From NCBI GenBank assembly GCA_938084225.1, contig CALKDT010000030.1:24550-88549 (forward strand): a stretch of 64,000 nt of DNA. The letters run 5' to 3'. The position numbers and the translations under genes are program-made. Shown in pieces: positions 36,704 to 45,144 of this stretch. The notes beneath the pieces were generated by a model. The model saw only the letters and a program-made list of their open reading frames with translations. It made no database searches and was not told where the DNA came from. Every line of letters begins with the position of its first letter. The stretch's first letter is position 1. Origin of the DNA: an uncultured Pseudomonadales bacterium. GTDB lineage: Bacteria; Pseudomonadota; Gammaproteobacteria; Pseudomonadales; Azotimanducaceae.

Positions 36704-37493
36704 TAGTCATCCCTCCGGCGACGGTCAAGGCAATGCCGGAGACATTCCTAGCTGTCGCCAGGTAAAGGGCCGCCTGGCCCATATCCTCTGTTGTCTGCGG
36801 ACGGCCAAGCGGAATTCTCTTGATGACGGCCTTCTCGAAATTCTCGTTTTTCTCGTTTTGATCGGTGCTGTTCGACGGAATCAGGTGCTCCAGCCACATG
36901 GCGGTACCGACAATACCGGGGCAGATTGCATTCACGGTGATGTTAAACGGCGCGAGCTCTAATGCCAGGGATTGCGTGATGCCAATCGCGGCGAACTTGC
37001 TTCCACAATAAGCGGACATGTTCGCATTACCCTCTTTGCCCGCTATCGATGCGGTGTTCACGATCGCTCCATCACCAGAAGTCTTGAGTGCTTCCAGAGC
37101 CGCTTTTGACATGAGAAAAATACCCTTGGTGTTGACCGCGAAGATCTTGTCCCACTCGCCTTCATCAAACTCCGAAATTGGCCCGGTACCAAGAACACCG
37201 GCATTGTTAACAAGAATATCGAGCCCGCCAAAACGTTCCACCGTCGCGGCTACGGCTTTCTGACAGCTCTCGAAGTTAGTAACGTCCACCTCGCAGGCAT
37301 CAACCTCGCCCACTGCGGCTTCTTTTTTGAGTGCTGCTTCAACCTGGTCAGCATCTGCAAGGTTATAATTCCAGTCTGCGTCGGTGTGCCCAAGGTCGGC
37401 AATCATGACTCGATGCCCAGCCGCCGCAAACGCATGCACAATACCAAGACCTATCCCCCTCGCGCCACCAGTCACTAGTACAATTTTGCTCAT
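36696..37493 (-). CDS. SDR family oxidoreductase
   Basis: 265 aa with VLVTGGARGIG, NNAG and YCGSK motifs. Confidence 0.85.
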   Translation of the reverse strand: MSKIVLVTGGARGIGLGIVHAFAAAGHRVMIADLGHTDADWNYNLADADQVEAALKKEAAVGEVDACEVDVTNFESCQKAVAATVERFGGLDILVNNAGVLGTGPISEFDEGEWDKIFAVNTKGIFLMSKAALEALKTSGDGAIVNTASIAGKEGNANMSAYCGSKFAAIGITQSLALELAPFNITVNAICPGIVGTAMWLEHLIPSNSTDQNEKNENFEKAVIKRIPLGRPQTTEDMGQAALYLATARNVSGIALTVAGGMTMS

Positions 37494-37515
37494 AACAGAC
37501 AGTCCTTTCTATTGC

Positions 37516-37851
37516 CTAACGCTTCTTTAGCTCAACCAAAACAGCATGATAATCACCGCCAGCATTGTGGGCAGTTTCAATATGACCCTTCTTAATAAAA
37601 TCAGAAGAACCTGGCTTGGGGAAAAACTCAAACTTTTCTCCAAGGGAGCCTCCTGTTCCATCGTGAAACTGAACATGAATTGGCCCCTCTCCCGAGATGT
37701 TTAGCAAAAAATAGTCATGCTTGTGTTCGTGTTTTGGAATATCTTCTCCACCTCGCACAACCTGGTTCCAAACTCGGACCGCTTCATCCTCAAAAACAAT
37801 TTCCGTTGCTATGTCATGATCAGTCATCAATAAAACCTTGTAGTCTTTCAT
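37516..37851 (-). CDS. Cupin domain protein
   Basis: 111 aa with the His-rich pattern (PKHEHKHDYF) and beta-rich sequence of small cupins. An alternative ATG at 37827 forms an ATGACTGA overlap with the upstream stop. Confidence 0.6.
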   Translation of the reverse strand: MKDYKVLLMTDHDIATEIVFEDEAVRVWNQVVRGGEDIPKHEHKHDYFLLNISGEGPIHVQFHDGTGGSLGEKFEFFPKPGSSDFIKKGHIETAHNAGGDYHAVLVELKKR

Positions 37852-38953
37852 TGGCCGCCAGAAAATCCTCCATGAAATCGTACACCACCTGTTTTGCAGA
37901 CAAGCTTTGATTCATCATGCCAACCCCCTGACCCACCCAGTAGGTCGCCAGTTGCTTCGCGCCCTGGTGACCGGCTTCCGCGAGTTTAACGATCTTATTT
38001 AATGCAGGTTCACTCACCAAAGATTGGAGTGGCATCGGTAATGGCTCTGGCGCCTCTGCACTTTCCCATGCATCAGTCCAGGGCGATCGAACCTGCCTTG
38101 AATATTTCCCGGTACGACTCTTTGTTCGAATCGTTTGGCTGGAGCCAGCTGAGAGTAATTTTTCCTTGATAATGGGTGACGTCTCCGCCTCTTGAGTGGT
38201 TAACCAGACGGAACCCGTCCAGGCCCCGTGCGCGCCCATCGCCATGGCAGCCGCCATCTGACGTCCGGTGACGATGCCACCTGCCGCCAGCACAGAAACA
38301 TCAGGGTAGACCGCGACGGCCGCTGAAACTTCAGGTACTAGCACCATTGTGGAAACTTCACCACAATGCCCACCTGCCTCTGTACCCGACACGATCAAAA
38401 TATCCACACCAGCTTCCGCCTGTTTGATCGCATGATGCTTGGCACCAACAAGCGCACCACAGAGCACCCCTTTCTCTTTCGCCATCTGCAGCATGTAGGC
38501 TGGTGGAACGCCCAGCGCATTAACAATCAGGCTTATGGGATGAGCAAACGCAACATCCATAATGCCCTCTGCACGCTTTTCTCCAAGAAAGCCACCATGA
38601 CCACGTGACACCCCTTCGTACACATCAGTGGTATCAACATTGTGCCTTGCCAGGACACCCGCTGCGAAGTTCTTGTGTTCATCCGGCACCATAGCGCTGA
38701 CTTCTTCTGGAGATTGGGATTCGTCTTTGTTCGCCATACTGGTTGGAACTATTAGATCCAGGCCATAAGGCCTGCCATCGATATGCTCGTCGATCCACGC
38801 AAGTTCTATTTCCAACTGTTTTGGCCCGAAACCTGCGGCGCCCAAAACACCCATACCGCCAGCCTTGGACACTTCAACAACAACATCGCGGCAGTGAGTA
38901 AAGGCAATCAACGGGAATTCGATACCGAGTTTTTCACAAATAGGAGATTTCAT
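37820..38953 (-). CDS. Nitronate monooxygenase (NMO / 2-nitropropane dioxygenase-like, FMN-dependent)
   Basis: The ATG at 38953 (AAGGAAG SD upstream) gives MKSPICEKLGIEFPLIAF..., with GALVG, VSGTEAGGH and AAGGI motifs of NMO. The track's 48-aa extension was rejected. Confidence 0.8.
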   Translation of the reverse strand: MKSPICEKLGIEFPLIAFTHCRDVVVEVSKAGGMGVLGAAGFGPKQLEIELAWIDEHIDGRPYGLDLIVPTSMANKDESQSPEEVSAMVPDEHKNFAAGVLARHNVDTTDVYEGVSRGHGGFLGEKRAEGIMDVAFAHPISLIVNALGVPPAYMLQMAKEKGVLCGALVGAKHHAIKQAEAGVDILIVSGTEAGGHCGEVSTMVLVPEVSAAVAVYPDVSVLAAGGIVTGRQMAAAMAMGAHGAWTGSVWLTTQEAETSPIIKEKLLSAGSSQTIRTKSRTGKYSRQVRSPWTDAWESAEAPEPLPMPLQSLVSEPALNKIVKLAEAGHQGAKQLATYWVGQGVGMMNQSLSAKQVVYDFMEDFLAANERLQGFIDD

Positions 38954-39499
38954 AGTCGCTTCCTTGACGTTTATATTCCGATAACAGATTTCGATCATCT
39001 CACGACAAGTGAACTGATTCGAGTCGGTGATGACACCTATTCGGCTATATCTGCAGAAAGGCTCGAGTTTCTTGCGCTGAAGCGATTTGCACGACACCCT
39101 CCGGACAATGAAAACCTCGGTTCGGAAGCTGAGTGCTCACTTATCAACTCAGGTTGTCGAGCACTTTGTACTGGAACCTACAGAAGCCTCCTATAACTGG
39201 GTCAGCATTATCCAGCGACCCACTGATCGGACAATGGGATGTTCAGAACAGTTGTTCTAGCCCCACCAAGGTTTTCACAGTTTGGATCTATGTTGGCGGT
39301 GGCTAACAGCCCAGCGAAGTCGCCGCCAAGCGCATCGGAACCGCAAGTGGTTGCCCCAGGCTGAAACCGGTCAATTTCGCCATCCGCGCCTTAGGGAAAA
39401 GATAAACACTTAATCAGAGCCATGATAGAGGCTGGGAATCAGCCGTGACTTAAGTTTTAATCCTATCTGCGCTTTAAAGAAACTTAGCCCAAGTACCTT

Positions 39500-40363
39500 A
39501 TGCTAATAAAATCTTTCTCAACATTGATAGCTTGCTGGGTGCTCGCCAATCCTGTTTTTGCTAACGACACGCTGATTACTGCTTTAAAAGCCGCCGACGA
39601 ACGCCACTACGATCAAGCAATAAAAACCCTGAGCAAACTATCCAAGGAACAACCGGACCGTGATGTCTTTTTTCATCTTGCAAGGGTGCAATATCAAGCT
39701 GGTGATTTCGATGACGCCTCAGATACCCTTGAGGACTTTCATCCGCAGCATCCAAATGATAGCGAGGCCTACTACCTTTCCGGCCTGGTGTACCTCGCCC
39801 TCATTAATGAGGTCAATATTTTTAAAAAAGTCGGCATGGCGAACAAGGCGCTGTCGTCATGGAAAGCTTCCGTTGCCGCGGATTCCGGGAACCTGGATTC
39901 CCGTTACGCGATCTTCGCTTACTATGCGAGCGCACCGGGGATAGCGGGTGGTGACATGGAGATTGCAACGGAGCAGATGAACGAAATCGAACAGCTAGAC
40001 AAGGGCTATGGCGCCATGGCGAAAGGCCTGTTGCTTAACAAGGGAAAAGATACCGTGGGCGCAGAGGCCGCTTTCCAGGAAGCCGCTAGCTTGATGAACC
40101 GAGCCGGACCTTACTTTTCGCTGGCGCAGTTTTTTATGGGGACTGAGCAGTATGAAAAAGCGATGTCTTCCGTCCAGCAGTTCCAGCGCCGCGAGAAACG
40201 CTGGTGGGACCCCGATGTGACAGCCGCTTACCTTATCCTAGCCCATGCCAACGCAGAACTAGGGAACCTTGAAGCGGCCAAAAAGGAAGCTACGCTAGGA
40301 CTTTCCATGAACCCCAACAAAGAAACCAGGAAACGACTCAAAAAACTATTGACGTCCTTATAA
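39500..40363 (+). CDS. Secreted TPR-repeat protein
   Basis: 287 aa with a signal peptide (LIACWVLANPVFA) and several A/Y/L-patterned TPR-like helices. Confidence 0.65.
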   Translation: MLIKSFSTLIACWVLANPVFANDTLITALKAADERHYDQAIKTLSKLSKEQPDRDVFFHLARVQYQAGDFDDASDTLEDFHPQHPNDSEAYYLSGLVYLALINEVNIFKKVGMANKALSSWKASVAADSGNLDSRYAIFAYYASAPGIAGGDMEIATEQMNEIEQLDKGYGAMAKGLLLNKGKDTVGAEAAFQEAASLMNRAGPYFSLAQFFMGTEQYEKAMSSVQQFQRREKRWWDPDVTAAYLILAHANAELGNLEAAKKEATLGLSMNPNKETRKRLKKLLTSL

Positions 40364-40384
40364 ACACACTTGATCTCATTAAGA

Positions 40385-40600
40385 TTAGATTTCCAACTTG
40401 GTGGCCTGCTCTTCTTTCACAAGAACCATCATCACAAACCCCAGCACGAACAGACCGACTAGCAACGCAAACCCCGCCCGCTGACTCTCATAGAAATCTG
40501 TAAAAACCGCACCAGCAGCGGCGCTATGAACGTCGTTGCTGCTCCTGAAAGCGCGTAAAGCCCGAAAAACTGAGCCAACAGTTCTGGCGGAGAGATTCAG
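40385..40600 (-). pseudogene. 5'-truncated, frameshifted relic of an MFS (UMF1/Atg22-like) transporter gene
   Basis: The minus strand reads ISPPELLAQFFGLYALSGAATTFIAPLLV in one frame. After a 1-2 nt shift it reads GAVFTDFYESQRAGFALLVGLFVLGFVMMVLVKEEQATKLEI-stop (TAA at 40385-40387). A TGA lies immediately upstream of the first segment. Confidence 0.45.
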
Positions 40601-40627
40601 GCCATCATCGTTCGAGCTCAGGCAAGG

Positions 40628-41620
40628 CTATTGCTCAGTGGTACCAATTAAATCCACTAGGTCGCCAGCATCCTGGGTGGCCTCTATGAAAGAAATCTCA
40701 TAAGCAGATTCCGGATTGGCTCGAACTCGCTCATCCAGCCGATGGGCATCCTCACCAACAAGAATTCGCCATTTACCGGCCTTAACCCCACCCAAGATGA
40801 TCGTCGCTGCCTCTCCGGCACTGGTCGGGGCATTATCACGAAACGCGATTCCTCTTTGGTGCATGAACTCACGGATCTGATCATCAGACAGGTTCATCAC
40901 TACTTCTGACATCTCTCCGCCTGAGCTCATCATTCGCTCGCGTATGTCTTTGATGTCGTCTTCACTCATATCAAGCGCCGCAGGTCGTCCGAGAACTCTC
41001 CCTGAATTGATTGCAATGGAAGTACCAATGTGACCGGGCATAACAACGCTGACACCTACGTGGGGCGCATTCATCCTAAGGTCGGTAACCAGCGCTTCAC
41101 TGAACCCCTTTACGGCAAACTTGGCAGAACAGTAAGCGCTATGCGGCGTGTTTGGGCCCAGGGAAGCCCAGAAGCCATTGATGCTGCTCGTATTAACGAT
41201 GTGTGATTCATCAGCGTTTATTAACGATTCCATAAAAGCCCTGCAACCATAGTAGACGCCATACCAACAGACATTGAAGGTTCTTTCCCAGTCAGCTCTG
41301 TCATCGGGATTAACAAAACTGCCGCCGCCGCCAATACCGGCATTGTTAAATAACAAATTAATCTTGTCACCGTGAGCAGCAGTTACTTCATCCCGGAAGT
41401 GGTTCATTGCTTCTTCACTGGAAACGTCACATTCATGAAGCGTCACCTGGATGTCGGGATTTACTTCCTGACACAGCGCTTTTGTTTCTTCCAGGTTCTC
41501 CATCAGCAAGTCACAGGTCGCGACATTGCACCCTTCCTTGACCAGTTGCAGGCAGAGTTCCCTTCCCATCCCAGTACCGCCACCGGTCACAACTGCTATC
41601 TTCCCTTTAAAGCTATCCAT
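40628..41620 (-). CDS. SDR family oxidoreductase (long, 330 aa)
   Basis: AVVTGGGTGMG, NNAG and YCSAK motifs, with a C-terminal extension. Confidence 0.85.
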   Translation of the reverse strand: MDSFKGKIAVVTGGGTGMGRELCLQLVKEGCNVATCDLLMENLEETKALCQEVNPDIQVTLHECDVSSEEAMNHFRDEVTAAHGDKINLLFNNAGIGGGGSFVNPDDRADWERTFNVCWYGVYYGCRAFMESLINADESHIVNTSSINGFWASLGPNTPHSAYCSAKFAVKGFSEALVTDLRMNAPHVGVSVVMPGHIGTSIAINSGRVLGRPAALDMSEDDIKDIRERMMSSGGEMSEVVMNLSDDQIREFMHQRGIAFRDNAPTSAGEAATIILGGVKAGKWRILVGEDAHRLDERVRANPESAYEISFIEATQDAGDLVDLIGTTEQ

Positions 41621-41643
41621 CTACCTCTCTCCTCGATTCTTCC

Positions 41644-42099
41644 TTAATTTGGCAATGCATTGTCTTGTTTTTCGGCATCAATAGTTCTAAACACCATACC
41701 ATCAAACTGGCTTTTCGCTCGAAAGAGCATGACGGCCAGTGCTGCAAACGGAAGGCCTACCAGCACGCCCATCCACCACGCGGCTTCGCTGTAAAGCCAA
41801 GGCCAGACAGCCATGCCGATAGCGACCTGCGCGACATAAAGCGCGGCCCAGGGAAACATCCATTGTTTCATTTTAAGGAAACCAAAAAATCCGGCCCCGT
41901 AGATCAACCAGTGCAAGGGTTCAGTTGCCTTGGCGGCCCAGCCATGAAGCATGTAGCCAAACCAAACTTCAGCATCCTGGTCGACTGGTTTGTAAAACAG
42001 ATCAAACGGCATGTAAATAAACGTCATGTAGGCACAAAAAATCATCAGTGCGTTCATCCAATGCGGACGTCCTGCAAAAAGTTTCTTCATCTTTTCCAT
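41644..42099 (-). CDS. Hypothetical integral membrane protein
   Basis: 151 aa with four W/F-rich hydrophobic segments. No family recognised. Confidence 0.5.
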   Translation of the reverse strand: MEKMKKLFAGRPHWMNALMIFCAYMTFIYMPFDLFYKPVDQDAEVWFGYMLHGWAAKATEPLHWLIYGAGFFGFLKMKQWMFPWAALYVAQVAIGMAVWPWLYSEAAWWMGVLVGLPFAALAVMLFRAKSQFDGMVFRTIDAEKQDNALPN

Positions 42100-42346
42100 T
42101 AGGGCTAGCTCCCGGTCCTATTGAATTTGAAATACTAATCTGGGTGCTTTTCAAGCAACTCACAGGCGTTTTAGATGGGCATCGCATCGTTTCGTTACTG
42201 ACGACAAGGACGACCCGTCGCTTGGTAGCTTAGCAGGAACGGCAAAGCCCCTCCGAACGAAGCTTAACATTGCTTTCTGGCGGAGATTAGTATGCTCAGG
42301 AAAAAGAGGGAGGAAAAAAGATAGAAAAAAAACAGAAAAAGGCAAC

Positions 42347-42374
42347 AAGAAAGTGGTGGGAAGAAAGTGGTGGA
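42347..42374. repeat. 14-bp tandem repeat AAGAAAGTGGTGG(G/A) x2 within an 83-bp polypurine tract (42298-42380)
   Basis: Read directly. Only 8 of the 83 plus-strand bases in 42298-42380 are pyrimidines. Confidence 0.85.
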
Positions 42375-42375
42375 A

Positions 42376-42395
42376 GGGGGTCAGAGCTGACCCCC
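42376..42395 (-). terminator. GC-rich hairpin 8 nt downstream of the rpoD stop
   Basis: GGGGGTC-AGAGCT-GACCCCC. On the transcribed (minus) strand it is followed by a pyrimidine-rich stretch rather than a pure U tract. Confidence 0.4.
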
Positions 42396-42402
42396 GAAAA
42401 TA

Positions 42403-44316
42403 TCACCCTTCAATGAAGCTTTTAAGCTGTTCAGATCTAGAGGGATGCCTGAGCTTACGAAGCGCCTTGGCTTCAATTTGTCGAATACGCTCACGCGTTA
42501 CCGAAAACTGACGGCCCACTTCTTCAAGGGTATGATCCGTATTCATATCAATACCAAACCGCATCCTTAGCACTTTGGCTTCACGGTCCGTCAAAGCGGT
42601 CAACACGTTGGTCGTGGTCTCTTTCAGACCTGCTTCCGTTGCGTGATCCATCGGGGATTCGGCAGTGGTGTCACTCACGAGATTCCACATGGTGGAGTCG
42701 TCATCGTCACCAACGGGTGTTTCCAGTGAAATAGGCTGCTTCGCTACATCGAGGGCCTTCAGGACTTTGTCTTCCGGCAAGTCCATTCTCTTGGACAGCT
42801 CCTCGATGGTGGGTGACCGCCCGAGCTCCTGGATCAGTTGTCGAGTCAATCGATTAAGCTTGTTCACCGTTTCCATCATATGCACTGGTACTCGGATCGT
42901 TCGCGCGAGATCCGAGATAGAACGGGTAATCGCCTGCCTGATCCACCACGTAGCGTAGGTAGAGAACTTGAATCCACGACGGTACTCAAACTTGTCGACA
43001 GCCTTCATCAAACCAATGTTGCCTTCCTGAATTAAATCAAGGAAATGCAGTCCACGGTTGGTGTACTTCTTGGCTATCGAAATGACCAGCCTGAGATTCG
43101 CCTCAATCATGTCCTTCTTGGCGGCCCGAGTGTTGCCGACCGCAAGGAACAACCGACGGTTAAGGTCCTTGATTTCTGAAATGCTCATATCCGTTCGAGT
43201 CGATATGCGTTTGATCAACTTGTTACCGTGACGAACAGAGACTCTTACTTTTTGTAACTTCTCTGCAATTTCCGGCATATTTTCTATCATGTCGTCGATC
43301 CACTCGACACTGGTCTCATTCCCGACATAGTTCTTAAGGAACACATCCCTTGGCATTTTGCTCTTTCGAACACACAAGTCACGAATCGATTTTTCCTGAT
43401 CCCTGATTAACTGCATATCACGACGAACCAGGTCCAGTATCGGATCCATTACCGCGGGTACCAGTTTAAACAGGCTGAATGCGTCAGCCATTTTCCCCTG
43501 GGCCTTGACTGTCTTCGGGTCTAACCGGCCATCCTTAGTCCTGGCCCGGTCATAAGCTCGGTAGGCCTTATCCAAGATCTTGAATCTAAGATGCCCAAGA
43601 TCATGATCAAGCTTACCCGTATTGTCGTCTTCACCAGCTTCATAGTTGCCACTGGATTTCGCCTCAGCGATCAGGGACATATCTGGAATGATGTCTTCCG
43701 GGTCAAGAAACCCTGAAATGACGGCAGAAACCTCCCCTTCGTCTTCCATCACTTCTTCGTAGACAGCCAGGACATATTCTACGGTCCCCGGGTAACCTGC
43801 CATGATCGACATCGTTTCACGGATGCCGTCTTCAATTCGTTTGGCGATTTCAATTTCACCGGCACGCGTTAACAGAGGCACTGTTCCCATCTCACGCATA
43901 TACATACGGACAGGGTCCATCGTCTTGCCAACAACACTTTCAATGCCACCAATGGTTTGATCTTCATTCTCGGCTATATCATCCGATGCCGCCTTCAGCG
44001 AGGCAGGATCGGGTGCCGCTTCGTAAACAGAAACACCCATCTCTTCGAACATTAAAACAATGCTTTCGAACTCGTCGGTTTCTTCAATACTTTCAGGCAG
44101 CGCTTCAGTCAACTGGTCGTAAGTGAGATAGCCCTGCTCTTTTCCAGTATCGATCAGGACCTTCAGCTTCGATTCTTCTGCCTCAGTCTCGTCTTCGTCC
44201 TCAGACTTTTCTTTCTTGCCGGCCAGTTCTTCCAAAGCATCAAGTTCGTCCGTCGTGTCTTCAAGGTTATCGTCATCAAGTATCGTGTCGAAATCACCTT
44301 CACTCGAATTAGTCAT
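42403..44316 (-). CDS. rpoD: RNA polymerase sigma factor RpoD (sigma-70)
   Basis: 637 aa containing regions 1.1-4.2, including [47 protein letters not shown] and [33 protein letters not shown]. Confidence 0.97.
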   Translation of the reverse strand: MTNSSEGDFDTILDDDNLEDTTDELDALEELAGKKEKSEDEDETEAEESKLKVLIDTGKEQGYLTYDQLTEALPESIEETDEFESIVLMFEEMGVSVYEAAPDPASLKAASDDIAENEDQTIGGIESVVGKTMDPVRMYMREMGTVPLLTRAGEIEIAKRIEDGIRETMSIMAGYPGTVEYVLAVYEEVMEDEGEVSAVISGFLDPEDIIPDMSLIAEAKSSGNYEAGEDDNTGKLDHDLGHLRFKILDKAYRAYDRARTKDGRLDPKTVKAQGKMADAFSLFKLVPAVMDPILDLVRRDMQLIRDQEKSIRDLCVRKSKMPRDVFLKNYVGNETSVEWIDDMIENMPEIAEKLQKVRVSVRHGNKLIKRISTRTDMSISEIKDLNRRLFLAVGNTRAAKKDMIEANLRLVISIAKKYTNRGLHFLDLIQEGNIGLMKAVDKFEYRRGFKFSTYATWWIRQAITRSISDLARTIRVPVHMMETVNKLNRLTRQLIQELGRSPTIEELSKRMDLPEDKVLKALDVAKQPISLETPVGDDDDSTMWNLVSDTTAESPMDHATEAGLKETTTNVLTALTDREAKVLRMRFGIDMNTDHTLEEVGRQFSVTRERIRQIEAKALRKLRHPSRSEQLKSFIEG

Positions 44317-44589
44317 AGGGTGTAAACTCCGTTAAAAACAGCGTATGTTTAGTGGGTGGTCTTTTATCCCGTACCTAGCAGTGCCGCCTACTATTCGTAT
44401 GCGGACACTACAACGCGACAAATGAACGTGATAAATCGACCCTCGTTTCTGATGAACGATATCTCCAGGTAACATCATAGACAGTTCACTCGGTTCGCCC
44501 GGTGCGTCTAATCTCGTAGCAGGTAAGGTCTGAAGCTACATTATACATTTTATCGTAGGTTGGATGTCTACAACTGAACCGCAATAAAT

Positions 44590-44611
44590 CAGGTTTTTAA
44601 AAAAAAACCTG
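44590..44611. other. A/T-rich hairpin CAGGTTTTT-AAAA-AAAAACCTG
   Basis: Read directly, in the long rpoD-upstream spacer. It is symmetric and could act as a weak bidirectional terminator. Confidence 0.3.
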
Positions 44612-44938
44612 TCCTTTCGTCGCTTATTTTCAAGAACTGACCTCCTGCAAGTCCACGTTCGACAATAAGCTATAGGGCGAAGACGATTTTCACCTATCGT
44701 TTCTATAACGCTATCTGAGGCCTATAGACGTGGATTTCAAGTCAAAACACAAGAAAAGCCATCATGAAAAAAAATCAGGCGGGCATTTTCGCCGATTTCA
44801 GTAACTTTTCTTTCCTGAATTCAGCAGCTTAGACGCGAAGGCTCAATGTCAAGGCAATAGCGGCGCAGGAACCTCCATTTTTCGACCCTTTAATTTAGCA
44901 ATGGCTGGGAGTATATTGTTTCACCTCGCTAGCTGAAG

Positions 44939-44954
44939 CTGTATGTATATACAG
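44939..44954. promoter_or_regulatory. LexA (SOS) box CTGTATGTATATACAG
   Basis: It matches the gammaproteobacterial consensus CTGT-N8-ACAG (CTGTATATATATACAG) at 15 of 16 positions, with an AT-only spacer except for one G, and is followed by TA. Confidence 0.6.
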
Positions 44955-45144
44955 TATTGTCCTCGGCAGGATGGATGCGCTTACAGCTTCGCTAGCCGAG
45001 ACCAACATAATGTCAGCCTTCTTTATAAAACACCCCCTCTCTTGCGAGCACGTTCCGTTAAGCCTTTATTTACGTCCAATTGCGTACAACTTAACAACGT
45101 TTATGTTGCAATTATCTAGAAGCTTGCCGTGGCGCGAGCTCTGG

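Noticed and set aside
39208-39393. Coding-looking minus-strand frame of about 68 codons
   Set aside because: It has no ATG/GTG/TTG start and no recognisable family. It cannot be supported as a gene or pseudogene without a homology search, so it is mentioned only in a finding.
42160-42348. 62-aa minus-strand ORF (MLPFSVFFLSFFLPLFPE...)
   Set aside because: It is the translation of the polypyrimidine strand of the 83-bp homopurine tract downstream of rpoD. It has no SD and no family.
42403-44316. Numerous 60-110-aa ORFs on the opposite strand of rpoD, the ABC-F gene, the thiolase-like gene, the MFS genes and others
   Set aside because: These are shadow ORFs fully nested inside strongly supported genes. 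None has its own motif or start context.
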